From assembly GCA_964545285.1 (NCBI GenBank), contig CAZJEW010000003.1, forward strand, positions 1 to 46,466: a stretch of 46,466 bases of DNA, written 5' to 3'. The notes under the pieces were generated by a model. The model saw only the letters and a program-made list of their open reading frames with translations. It did no database searches and was not told the DNA's origin. Shown in pieces: positions 37,856 through 45,996 of the stretch. This stretch comes from an uncultured Clostridium sp. (lineage in GTDB: Bacteria > Bacillota_I > Bacilli_A > RF39 > UBA660). The first letter of the stretch is position 1; every line of letters starts with the position of its first letter. Both the position numbers and the translations under genes were made by a program.

Positions 37856-37882
37856 ATTTAGTAGTAGAAAGAGGTACACTTC

Positions 37883-38668
37883 ATGGGAAAAGTTATATCA
37901 TTAGTTAATCAAAAAGGTGGTGTAGGTAAAACTACAACTAGTATAAATTTAGCAAGTTCTTTAGGACATTTGGATAAGAAAGTTTTACTTATAGATTTAG
38001 ATCCACAAAGCAACGCAACAACTGGTCTTGGTATAGATAGAATAAAAATAAAAAAAAGCATATATGATGTTGTAATGGGAGATACTGAAATAAAAGATAC
38101 TATTATTAAGACTCCTTTTAAAAATCTTAGTCTTATTCCAGCTATGATAGATTTAGCTGGTGTGGATATAGAACTTATTCAAATTAGTGTTAATGATAAA
38201 GAATTTGTTATAACAGAGCAATTAAAGAAGCAAATTGATACTATAAGAGATAGGTATGACTTTATAATAATAGATTGTCCTCCTAATTTGGGTATTTTAA
38301 CAACTAATGCTTTAGCTGCTTCTGATTCAGTATTAATACCCGTTCAATGTGAGTATTATTCATTAGAAGGCGTAAAACAATTATTAAGAACAATAATTAG
38401 AGTTCAAAAAAATGTTAATTCTAATTTAGATATTGAAGGAGTACTACTTACTATGTTAGATGGAAGAACTTTACTTGGACTTGAAGTAGTAGAAGATGTT
38501 AGAAAATTCTTTAATGAGAAAGTATTTAGTACAATAATACCTAGATTAGTTAAATTAGTTGAAGCACCTTCACACGGAAAACCAATATTAGAATACGATC
38601 CTAAAAGTAAAGGAGCTATGGCTTATCTAAATCTAGCAAAAGAGGTGATAGATAGAAATGGAAAATAA
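37883..38668 (+). CDS. parA: ParA/Soj chromosome-partitioning ATPase
   Basis: Deviant Walker A NQKGGVGKTTT, DLDPQSNAT, IIIDCPP. Confidence 0.9.
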   Translation: MGKVISLVNQKGGVGKTTTSINLASSLGHLDKKVLLIDLDPQSNATTGLGIDRIKIKKSIYDVVMGDTEIKDTIIKTPFKNLSLIPAMIDLAGVDIELIQISVNDKEFVITEQLKKQIDTIRDRYDFIIIDCPPNLGILTTNALAASDSVLIPVQCEYYSLEGVKQLLRTIIRVQKNVNSNLDIEGVLLTMLDGRTLLGLEVVEDVRKFFNEKVFSTIIPRLVKLVEAPSHGKPILEYDPKSKGAMAYLNLAKEVIDRNGK

Positions 38669-39545
38669 AAGAAAAGCACTAGGAAGGGGATTAGAACAAT
38701 TATTTAGTAATGAGTCATTGTATTACGGAACAGAAATTGAAAAAGATATAATTGAATCATCTACTGATAAAGATGTTGTTGAAATTAAACTAAGTGAACT
38801 TAGAAGCAATCCGTATCAACCTAGGAAAACATTTGATCAAGAAAAATTAGTTGAACTTGCTAATTCAATTAAAGAACATGGAGTTATTCAACCTATAATA
38901 GTAACTAAATCAATAAAAGGATATGATATAGTTGCTGGTGAAAGAAGAAAAAAAGCATGTGAATTAATAGGCAAAGAAACAATACCAGCTATAATAAAAG
39001 ATTTTACTGATAATGAAATGATGGAAATAGCTCTTCTTGAAAATATTCAAAGAGAGAATTTAACATCTATTGAAGAAGCAGAGGCTTATGCCAATATAAT
39101 TAAATCAACGAATATAACACAAGATGAATTAGCTTCTAAAATTGGTAAAAGCAGAGTATACGTAACAAATATGTTAGGTCTTTTATCATTACCTGAAGAT
39201 GTTAAAAATGATATCTTACATGGCTTTATTTCAATGGGACATGCTAGAGTTTTAAGTAAACTAGACAATAATAATAGAATAATTGAATTAAATAATAAAG
39301 TTAAAAAGAATCATCTTTCTGTAAGAGAATTAGAAGAATTAGTATCAAACGGAAATTATAAAAAAATTAATCCGATAAAGAGAGCGAATACTCCAAGCCC
39401 ATATTCTTACGTTGAAAATCGTATGAGAGAAGTGATTGGAAATAAAGTTACTATTGATTCTAAAAAAATAAGCATTCCTTTTACTAATGAAAAAGATTTA
39501 GAAAGAATTTTAGAAATACTAAATATTGATATGAAAGTTGATTAG
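38658..39545 (+). CDS. parB: ParB/Spo0J partition protein
   Basis: ALGRGLEQL, NPYQPRK, GVIQPIIV, VAGERRKKA, and an HTH segment. Overlaps parA by 11 nt. Confidence 0.9.
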   Translation: MENKRKALGRGLEQLFSNESLYYGTEIEKDIIESSTDKDVVEIKLSELRSNPYQPRKTFDQEKLVELANSIKEHGVIQPIIVTKSIKGYDIVAGERRKKACELIGKETIPAIIKDFTDNEMMEIALLENIQRENLTSIEEAEAYANIIKSTNITQDELASKIGKSRVYVTNMLGLLSLPEDVKNDILHGFISMGHARVLSKLDNNNRIIELNNKVKKNHLSVRELEELVSNGNYKKINPIKRANTPSPYSYVENRMREVIGNKVTIDSKKISIPFTNEKDLERILEILNIDMKVD

Positions 39546-39546
39546 T

Positions 39547-39732
39547 ATGAATAAAGAGTATAAATTAGGAAGTAAAGTTATTATGCGAAAATCACATCCT
39601 TGTGGCACTAACCTTTGGGAAATAGTCAGAGTGGGAGTAGATATTAAAATTCAATGCATTAAATGTGGCAGAAACATTATGATGGATAGGATAGAATTTG
39701 ATAAAAAGCTAAAAAAAGTAGAGGAGTATTAA
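39547..39732 (+). CDS. DUF951 (YyzM-like) small protein
   Basis: KSHPCG...WEI.RVG.DI...C..CGR pattern. Lies immediately after parB, as in Bacillus. The track start at TTG 39538 is also possible. Confidence 0.7.
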   Translation: MNKEYKLGSKVIMRKSHPCGTNLWEIVRVGVDIKIQCIKCGRNIMMDRIEFDKKLKKVEEY

Positions 39733-41264
39733 TGATAAAAAAGAAGATAAAATTAAGTCCGATAATGACATTTATCATTTTAATTGTAGGAACAATATTG
39801 ATAAGTGGATTTTTACATTTTATTAATATACAAGCTGAATATTCTTCAGTTAATAGCGTTACAAATGATTTAACTAATAATGTTGTTGAAGTAAGAAATA
39901 TATTTAGTTTTAGTGGGCTTAAACATATAGCAACAACAACTGTACAAAATTTTGTGAATTATGAACCTTTATCAACATTAATAATTGTATTAATAGGAAT
40001 TGGAATATTGGAAAAATCTGGATTTATGCAGGCTTTTTTTAGTATAATAACTAGAAGCGCTAAAAAATATACGTTAACATTTTTGTTGATATTAATTAGT
40101 TTACTATTTTCAATATTAGGTGATATAGGTTATGTAATTATGTTACCTTTAGGAGCTTTATTATTTAAATATGGAAGAAGAAACCCACTAGGTGGAATAA
40201 TTGCATCTTTTGCATCTTTATCTTTTGGATATGGCATTAATGTATTGTTGTCTGCTAATGATAGTTCGTTACTTACATTAACTCTTAATGCTGCAAAAAC
40301 AATAGATCCAAAATATTCAATAAGTGTTTTCTTTGCATTGTTTTTAATGATTGTAGCTTTATTTGTAACTGCTATAATATTTACAAATGTTACTGAAAAA
40401 AAGATTATGCCTAAACTTGCAAGATATGAGCATGAAGAAGAAGAATTTAAAATAACAAATAAAGAATTAAGAGGATTAATCGTAGGAATAGGAGCAGGAA
40501 TATTATACTTCTTAATTATTATTTACATGATTATTCCAGGCCTTCCTTTATCGGGAGTTCTACTTGATCATAGTGGTGGTAGATATATTGATATGCTATT
40601 TGGAAGTAATTCTTTATTTTCTCAGGGATTTATATTTATTGTTACGCTATGGTTTGTAATAATTGGATTAGGTTATGGTTTTATGACTAAAACAATTAAT
40701 AATAATAAAGATGTGGCTGATAGTTTAGGACATTCATTAGATGGGGTAGGAAGTGTACTTGTTTTAATCTTCTTTGCTTCATTATTTGTAAATGTCTATA
40801 ATGAAAGTAATATAGGCGTAGTAATCACTGCGTTTATATCGAATCTTATATCTGGTTTGTCTTTCACTGGAGTTTGGTTAATTGTAATATCATTTATATT
40901 AATAATGATTGCTAATGTTTTTTGTCCAAGTTCAGTATTAAAATGGAGCATTATATCTGGCTCTATGGTACCGTTATTTATGAATGCAAGTATTAGTCCA
41001 GAATTTTCTCAAATTATTTATTCTGCAGCTGATTGTGTTACTAATGGATTGACTCCTTTATTAATATATTTTGTTATATATTTAGCATTTATGGAAAAAT
41101 ATAACAAAGGTGATAATATGGTAACACTATTTGGATCAATTAGATATATGGTTCCATATGCATGTGCTTCTTTTGCAATATGGTTTGTTATCTTGGTAGG
41201 TTGGTATTTAATAGGAATACCTATGGGTATTGGATCGTTACCGGGGGTAACTTATGGCACTTAA
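39732..41264 (+). CDS. AbgT-family (p-aminobenzoyl-glutamate-type) transporter
   Basis: About 510-aa polytopic protein. The size and the SFGYGINVLLSANDSSLL segment resemble AbgT GFSANLL. Assignment is by pattern only. Confidence 0.55.
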   Translation: MIKKKIKLSPIMTFIILIVGTILISGFLHFINIQAEYSSVNSVTNDLTNNVVEVRNIFSFSGLKHIATTTVQNFVNYEPLSTLIIVLIGIGILEKSGFMQAFFSIITRSAKKYTLTFLLILISLLFSILGDIGYVIMLPLGALLFKYGRRNPLGGIIASFASLSFGYGINVLLSANDSSLLTLTLNAAKTIDPKYSISVFFALFLMIVALFVTAIIFTNVTEKKIMPKLARYEHEEEEFKITNKELRGLIVGIGAGILYFLIIIYMIIPGLPLSGVLLDHSGGRYIDMLFGSNSLFSQGFIFIVTLWFVIIGLGYGFMTKTINNNKDVADSLGHSLDGVGSVLVLIFFASLFVNVYNESNIGVVITAFISNLISGLSFTGVWLIVISFILIMIANVFCPSSVLKWSIISGSMVPLFMNASISPEFSQIIYSAADCVTNGLTPLLIYFVIYLAFMEKYNKGDNMVTLFGSIRYMVPYACASFAIWFVILVGWYLIGIPMGIGSLPGVTYGT

Positions 41265-42360
41265 GGCAGGAATAATTGGTTTACCAAATGTTGGAAAAAG
41301 CACTTTGTTTAATGCAATTACCAAAAAAAATATTTTAGCAGCTAACTATCCTTTTGCAACCATAGATCCAAATATTGGAACTGTAACAGTACCTGATAAA
41401 AGATTAGAAACATTAAATGATATGTATTATCCAGAAAGATTAATAGCTACTCAATATGAATTTATTGATATAGCAGGTCTTGTAAAAGGTGCTTCAACAG
41501 GAGAAGGTTTGGGTAATAAATTTTTAGCAAATATAAGGGAAGCTGATGCTATTGTTCAAGTTGTTAGATGCTTTGATAATAAAGATATAATACATGTTGA
41601 AGGATCTATAGACCCAATAAGAGATATAGAAATAGTGAATTATGAGCTTATATTAAGTGATTTAGAAATAGTTGAAACTAGACTTCAAAAAATAGAAAAA
41701 AAAGCTATAACTTCAAATGATAAAGAAGGTTTATTTGAAGTTTCACTTCTTAAGAAGATTAAAAATGTTCTTGAAAAAGGTACTATGTTAAAACTTGAAG
41801 TGTTTGATGAAAAAGAGATTAAATTAATGAAAAGTTATAATTTAATAACTAACAAACCATTTATTTATTTAGCAAACGTAAGCGAAGATGATTTGCTTAA
41901 TGACACTAATACATATGTAGAAAAAGTTAGAGAAATGGCATCTAAAGAAAAATCTTCTGTAGTATTGATGTGTGCTAAGATTGAAAGTGAACTTGCTGAA
42001 TTAGATGTAGATTCTAAAAAAGAATTCCTTCAAGATTTAGGAATTCAAAATAGTGGATTAGATCAACTTATACATATCACTTATCATATGTTAGGACTTA
42101 AAACTTTCTTTACTGTTGGAAGTGATGAGGTGAGGGCTTGGACATTTAAAGATGGAATGAAAGCACCCGAGTGTGCTGGAATCATTCATACTGACTTTGA
42201 AAAAGGTTTTATTAAAGCTGAAGTTATGAGTTACGATGATTTAATACAGTATGGGTCTGAATTGAAGGTTAAAGAAGCTGGAAGAGCGAGAATTGAAGGT
42301 AAAGACTATATTATGCAAGATGGAGATATTTGTCACTTTAGGTTTAATGTAACAAAATAA
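41254..42360 (+). CDS. ychF: redox-regulated ribosome-binding ATPase YchF
   Basis: GIIGLPNVGKSTLFNA, FIDIAGLVKGAS, the C-terminal TGS-like domain FFT.G..E.RAWT, and DGD...FRFNV. Confidence 0.92.
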   Translation: MALKAGIIGLPNVGKSTLFNAITKKNILAANYPFATIDPNIGTVTVPDKRLETLNDMYYPERLIATQYEFIDIAGLVKGASTGEGLGNKFLANIREADAIVQVVRCFDNKDIIHVEGSIDPIRDIEIVNYELILSDLEIVETRLQKIEKKAITSNDKEGLFEVSLLKKIKNVLEKGTMLKLEVFDEKEIKLMKSYNLITNKPFIYLANVSEDDLLNDTNTYVEKVREMASKEKSSVVLMCAKIESELAELDVDSKKEFLQDLGIQNSGLDQLIHITYHMLGLKTFFTVGSDEVRAWTFKDGMKAPECAGIIHTDFEKGFIKAEVMSYDDLIQYGSELKVKEAGRARIEGKDYIMQDGDICHFRFNVTK

Positions 42361-42394
42361 AAAAAATACTTCTTTTAGAAGTATTTTTGTTTTA
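42361..42394. terminator. bidirectional rho-independent terminator between convergent ychF and hsp20
   Basis: Perfect 10-bp stem AAATACTTCT / AGAAGTATTT, 3-nt loop, with an A run upstream and a T-rich run downstream. Confidence 0.8.
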
Positions 42395-42398
42395 TTAA

Positions 42399-42800
42399 TT
42401 ATTTTATTTCAATAAATTTCTTTGATTGTTTTTGTTCTTCTTTAGGGAAGGAAATTCTTAATACACCATTATTAAATTTAGCATCAATATCTTTTTCACT
42501 AATATTGCCAACAGAGAATTGTCTTTTAAATGATCCATAAACTCTTTCTTTTCTAACGTATTTTTTATCTTTTTCTTCAGTTTCTTCTTTCTTAGTTGCC
42601 TCTATGGATAAAATACCATCATCAACATCAACTTTAATGTCTTCCTTTTTAAATCCCGGAACATCTAACTCAATATTAACTCTTTCGCCTCTTTCATAGA
42701 TATCACATTTCATATCCATCCTTGGCATTTTTGGCATTTCCATTGGTGAAAAATCATCAAAGAAATCATCTAAATAAAATTTACTTGGTAATAAACTCAT
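42399..42800 (-). CDS. Hsp20/alpha-crystallin small heat-shock protein
   Basis: Alpha-crystallin domain pattern: DIYERGERVNIELDVPGFKKEDIKV...GILSI...F.R.F.V......I.A.F.NGVL.I..PK. Confidence 0.88.
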   Translation of the reverse strand: MSLLPSKFYLDDFFDDFSPMEMPKMPRMDMKCDIYERGERVNIELDVPGFKKEDIKVDVDDGILSIEATKKEETEEKDKKYVRKERVYGSFKRQFSVGNISEKDIDAKFNNGVLRISFPKEEQKQSKKFIEIK

Positions 42801-42839
42801 TATTACTCATCTCCTTACAATTATTATTATACTCATTTT

Positions 42840-42866
42840 TTAGCACTTGTCAATAGAAAGTGCTAA
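42840..42866 (-). promoter_or_regulatory. CIRCE (HrcA operator) inverted repeat upstream of hsp20
   Basis: TTAGCACTT-N9-AAGTGCTAA, against the consensus TTAGCACTC-N9-GAGTGCTAA. The palindrome is perfect and starts 40 nt upstream of the hsp20 ATG. Confidence 0.85.
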
Positions 42867-42942
42867 TTTTTTTAAAAAATTGGTAAAATTTACATTTATA
42901 TTATAACCAATAATGATAATAATATTACTAGGAGGATAAAAT

Positions 42943-43140
42943 ATGAAAGAGGCGCCAAATATAATTACTAATAAAGACTTATTATATATTAAAGATATGC
43001 TTAATTGGAATCTTATAATGAATAAAAAAATTTTTAATTACTTAGATTTAATAAATGATGAAAAAATTAAAAAATTATTAAATAAAGTATTAAAAATGCA
43101 TAATAATCACTATTGTGAACTTTTAAATATTTGTAACTAA
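42943..43140 (+). CDS. small helical protein commonly paired with CotF-like proteins
   Basis: AGGAGG RBS. KDLLYIKDMLNWNL...KKLLNKVLKMHNNHY resembles the small partner ORFs of Coat-F gene pairs. Confidence 0.5.
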   Translation: MKEAPNIITNKDLLYIKDMLNWNLIMNKKIFNYLDLINDEKIKKLLNKVLKMHNNHYCELLNICN

Positions 43141-43141
43141 T

Positions 43142-43450
43142 ATGGAAGAAATAAAAAATGAATCTGAAGAAGAAATTAAAAATTCATCTTTATCTTTAGA
43201 AGATATTGTAAATGATTTATTAATGTGCGAAAAGAATATCTCAAATAACTATAGCATAGCTTGCAATGAAATGAGTAATAAATATTTATACAAAATTATT
43301 TTGGGTATTTTAAATGATACCAAAAATATAGCAAGAGAACTATACAACATATCTTTTGAAAAAGGATGGTATAGTTTAACAATAGAAAAAGAGGATGAAA
43401 TTAATAAAATATATAATGAATATTATAAAAAAATGAAAGAACTAAGTTAA
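43142..43450 (+). CDS. Coat F (CotF-like) domain protein
   Basis: DIVNDLLMCEKNISNNYSIACNEMSN...LNDTKNIARELYNISFEKGWY fits the Coat_F pattern (D.L..EK....Y..A..E..N....GWY). Confidence 0.65.
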   Translation: MEEIKNESEEEIKNSSLSLEDIVNDLLMCEKNISNNYSIACNEMSNKYLYKIILGILNDTKNIARELYNISFEKGWYSLTIEKEDEINKIYNEYYKKMKELS

Positions 43451-43462
43451 AGTTCTTTTTTT
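43436..43462 (+). terminator. rho-independent terminator overlapping the stop codon
   Basis: Stem AAAGAACT / AGTTCTTT, 7-nt loop, T run. Confidence 0.65.
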
Positions 43463-43490
43463 AATGATTAATATTTGATATAATTTAATT

Positions 43491-44108
43491 ATGAAAAAGA
43501 TAATGATAATATTTTTATTATTTGTATTTGTTTTTAAAGTCAATGCAAGTGAAAATAAAATTACAGCAGATTTTAGTGATTGTGTTGATGGAGATACAAT
43601 TAAAGTGGTTATAGATGATGAAGTAAAAACTGTAAGATTACTTGCAATTGATACTCCTGAAACTGTAAAACCTGGTACAGAAGTGCAACCTTATGGGAAA
43701 GAAGCTAGTGATTATACGTGTGATAAAATTACAAATGCATCAAAAATAGAATTGGAATTTGATCCGAATAGTGATAAAACAGATAAATATGGAAGAACTT
43801 TAGCATGGGTTTACGTTGATGAATCGTTATTAGAAAGTGAATTGATTTCTTTAGGATATGCTAAAGTCGAATATATTTATGGAGATTACTTATATACTGA
43901 TAATTTGTATAAATTAGAAGAAGAAGCAGCAGATAAAAAATTAGGAATATGGAGTGAAGAAGAATATATAAGTACTAAAGAGGAAGAAAAAACATTTTGG
44001 GATAAATTAGAAGATTTAGTATCTGAATATATAGAAAAATGGTTTAAAAAAATAATAAACAAAATAAATAAATATATTGAAAATAAAATAGATTCTATTT
44101 TCAATTGA
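43491..44108 (+). CDS. secreted thermonuclease (SNase / micrococcal nuclease family)
   Basis: Signal peptide MKKIMIIFLLFVFVFKVNA, then DGDTIKV, VRLLAIDTPE, YGKEAS, DKYGRTLAWVY. Confidence 0.85.
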   Translation: MKKIMIIFLLFVFVFKVNASENKITADFSDCVDGDTIKVVIDDEVKTVRLLAIDTPETVKPGTEVQPYGKEASDYTCDKITNASKIELEFDPNSDKTDKYGRTLAWVYVDESLLESELISLGYAKVEYIYGDYLYTDNLYKLEEEAADKKLGIWSEEEYISTKEEEKTFWDKLEDLVSEYIEKWFKKIINKINKYIENKIDSIFN

Positions 44109-44154
44109 CAAATTTATGATAAAATAATAATATAATTTGGTAAGAGGTATTCTG

Positions 44155-45369
44155 ATGAAGAAGGATCAAAAATTTTTATTAAAACTTAGTGATTGTTTAT
44201 CTAAAATAAATGACAAGAAAAAAAATGAAATAATTTTGAAATATAGAAATATTATAGATAAAGAGAAAGAAAATAATAAGAGAATAGTGGATATATTAAA
44301 ATATTTGGGCAGTCCTGAAGATATTGCTGAGAAAGAAATCTCTTTATTAAAAGAAAATAATATATTTAGTAGAATACCAGAATTTTTTAATAAAATGAAT
44401 AATAAAATTAAATTGTTAATACAAAATAAAAAAACAAAGAAAAAGATAATAATAGATAAACCAGAGAAACCAGAAAAAATAAATAAAAAAAAGAAAAAAA
44501 ATAATTCTAAATCTCAAAAAACAAAAGTATTAAGGAAAATTAAATGGAACTTTAAAAAAATTGGTGATAAATTCAAGAAAAAAAACAAAGTAGAAAAAGC
44601 GGTAGACAATATTAAAGAAGAAACTTCACAAATAATTGAAAATGTTACGGAAATTGTAACAGAAAATAAAATCTATGAAACAAAGAAGCATAAAATTAAA
44701 AGAATATTATTGTCGTTTTTTGGAATATTAGTAATAATTGTATTTATTTTTATATTACTTTGGGCTACTGTAGTATTTATTGCAAGTTTATTTTCTATAT
44801 TGGATGGATTAAAAGTATATGGTATTGTTGTTGCTTTATTTGGTATTATGCTTTTTACATTATGGATGGTTTTATTAATGTATAATCTTATCTTTAAGAA
44901 AAAAATCAAAAGATTATTTTTCCTAATTTCTGTAATAGTCATTATATTAATTATTGGTTGTGGAATAGGCTACTCAATGTATCAGTATTATAAAATACAA
45001 GAAGTTGATGATGTTAGTGTTAAATATACTATGACAACTAAATATGAAAAGTTTACATTACCATCAAAGAAAAAATTATATATTACATTCAATAGTAATT
45101 ATAAAACAGAATATGTAATTGAATATGATAATTCATTTGAAAACTATATTAAAGTTGAAACGAAATATTATGAATGCTATTACGATTTCTATATGAAGAA
45201 AACAAATAATAATTTGTATGTTTCACTTAGCGTAGATAATAGAGATAGATTAAGTGCATACATAGATGATTTAAAAGAATATCAATTATACAACACAGAT
45301 GAGTTGAAAAGATACACAGTTAAAATTGTAATGAATGAAAAAGACGCTGAAAGAGTAGCTATAGATTAA
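44155..45369 (+). CDS. DUF1700-like N-terminal domain membrane protein with a Lys-rich linker and a C-terminal extracytoplasmic domain
   Basis: N-terminus FLLKLSDCLSKINDKKKNEIILKYRNII...LGSPEDIA resembles DUF1700. It is followed by a K-rich ~90 aa, three TMs and a ~130-aa C-domain. ATG 44155 follows AAGAGG. Confidence 0.55.
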   Translation: MKKDQKFLLKLSDCLSKINDKKKNEIILKYRNIIDKEKENNKRIVDILKYLGSPEDIAEKEISLLKENNIFSRIPEFFNKMNNKIKLLIQNKKTKKKIIIDKPEKPEKINKKKKKNNSKSQKTKVLRKIKWNFKKIGDKFKKKNKVEKAVDNIKEETSQIIENVTEIVTENKIYETKKHKIKRILLSFFGILVIIVFIFILLWATVVFIASLFSILDGLKVYGIVVALFGIMLFTLWMVLLMYNLIFKKKIKRLFFLISVIVIILIIGCGIGYSMYQYYKIQEVDDVSVKYTMTTKYEKFTLPSKKKLYITFNSNYKTEYVIEYDNSFENYIKVETKYYECYYDFYMKKTNNNLYVSLSVDNRDRLSAYIDDLKEYQLYNTDELKRYTVKIVMNEKDAERVAID

Positions 45370-45747
45370 CTACTTTTTGTTTAGACATTCTATTTCTTCT
45401 TGTAGTTTGTTTAAAGTTTTTTTTAATAAATGCATATCTATCGAATTATCTGGATATACTTTATTAACAATATCTCTTATTTTATCTATATTATACACTA
45501 TTGGATTATAAACACATTTGATTTCTTGTGAATTAATATTTATAATACCACCTTTAATTCTATCTTGAATAACGTTTTGACTAGATGCATTTGTTAAAAT
45601 GGTTTGACCAATTAAAATTATCCAGTTACCTAATAAATTCTGCTCTGGTACTGTTAATCCATCAATTAATAAAATTCCTAATATAAAACCGATTGTAGTT
45701 GAATACCTTGGATTAAGATTAAATATATCGTCAAAACTTTCTTTCAT
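45370..45747 (-). CDS. hypothetical protein
   Basis: 125-codon ORF with one or two hydrophobic segments. No motif recognised. Confidence 0.45.
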   Translation of the reverse strand: MKESFDDIFNLNPRYSTTIGFILGILLIDGLTVPEQNLLGNWIILIGQTILTNASSQNVIQDRIKGGIININSQEIKCVYNPIVYNIDKIRDIVNKVYPDNSIDMHLLKKTLNKLQEEIECLNKK

Positions 45748-45782
45748 AATTAATAATATGATATATAATTACTTTTTTAATC

Positions 45783-45809
45783 ATAAAAAAACTCAAGAAA
45801 ACTTGAGTT
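45783..45809 (-). terminator. rho-independent terminator downstream of tRNA-Asn
   Basis: On the minus strand: stem AACTCAAG / CTTGAGTT, 4-nt loop, T7 run. Confidence 0.75.
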
Positions 45810-45818
45810 ATTATCAAA

Positions 45819-45894
45819 TGGCGCCTGATGCAGGACTCGGACCTGCGACCTAACGGTTAACAGCCGTGCGCTCTACCAACTGAGCTAATCAGGC
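45819..45894 (-). tRNA. tRNA-Asn (anticodon GTT), CCA encoded
   Basis: The minus-strand read is GCCTGAT TA GCTC AGTTGGTA GAGC G CACGG CTGTTAA CCGTT AGGTC GCAGG TCCGAGT CCTGC ATCAGGC G CCA. The cloverleaf folds, but the T-loop reads TCC rather than TTC and positions 27:43 form a C:T mismatch. Confidence 0.85.
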
Positions 45895-45906
45895 ATTGAC
45901 TTAATT

Positions 45907-45935
45907 ATTATAGTAAAAGTATTTGGATTTGTCAA
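45907..45935 (-). promoter_or_regulatory. consensus sigma-A promoter for tRNA-Asn (TTGACA-17 nt-TATAAT)
   Basis: The minus strand reads TTGACA (45935-45930), a 17-nt spacer, and TATAAT (45912-45907). The tRNA 5' end is 12 nt downstream. Confidence 0.7.
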
Positions 45936-45996
45936 TAAAAATATGGACTTTTATTAAAAAAATTGATAAAATCATATATATAAAAGAGGTTGACAT

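Noticed and set aside
544-44155. Longer N-terminal extensions offered by the ORF track (starts at 544, 3729, 24663, 28935, 32720, 34107, 39538, 44137)
   Set aside because: In each case an internal ATG preceded by a Shine-Dalgarno-like AGGAG/GGTG/AAGAGG at 5-8 nt gives a more plausible start. The extensions add non-conserved residues upstream of the recognisable N-termini or signal anchors.
44400-44600. Apparent DNA repeat or low-complexity region that could be mistaken for a tandem repeat or CRISPR-like array
   Set aside because: It is in-frame AAA/AAG lysine-rich coding sequence with no regular repeat-spacer periodicity. I found no CRISPR array anywhere in the window.
45896-45996. Possible CtsR operator (tandem A/GGTCAAA heptads) upstream of the Clp-like ATPase gene
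   Set aside because: Only isolated GTCAA-like words are present (TGTCAAT on the plus strand, AGTCAAT on the minus strand). There is no directly repeated heptad with the 3-nt spacing.
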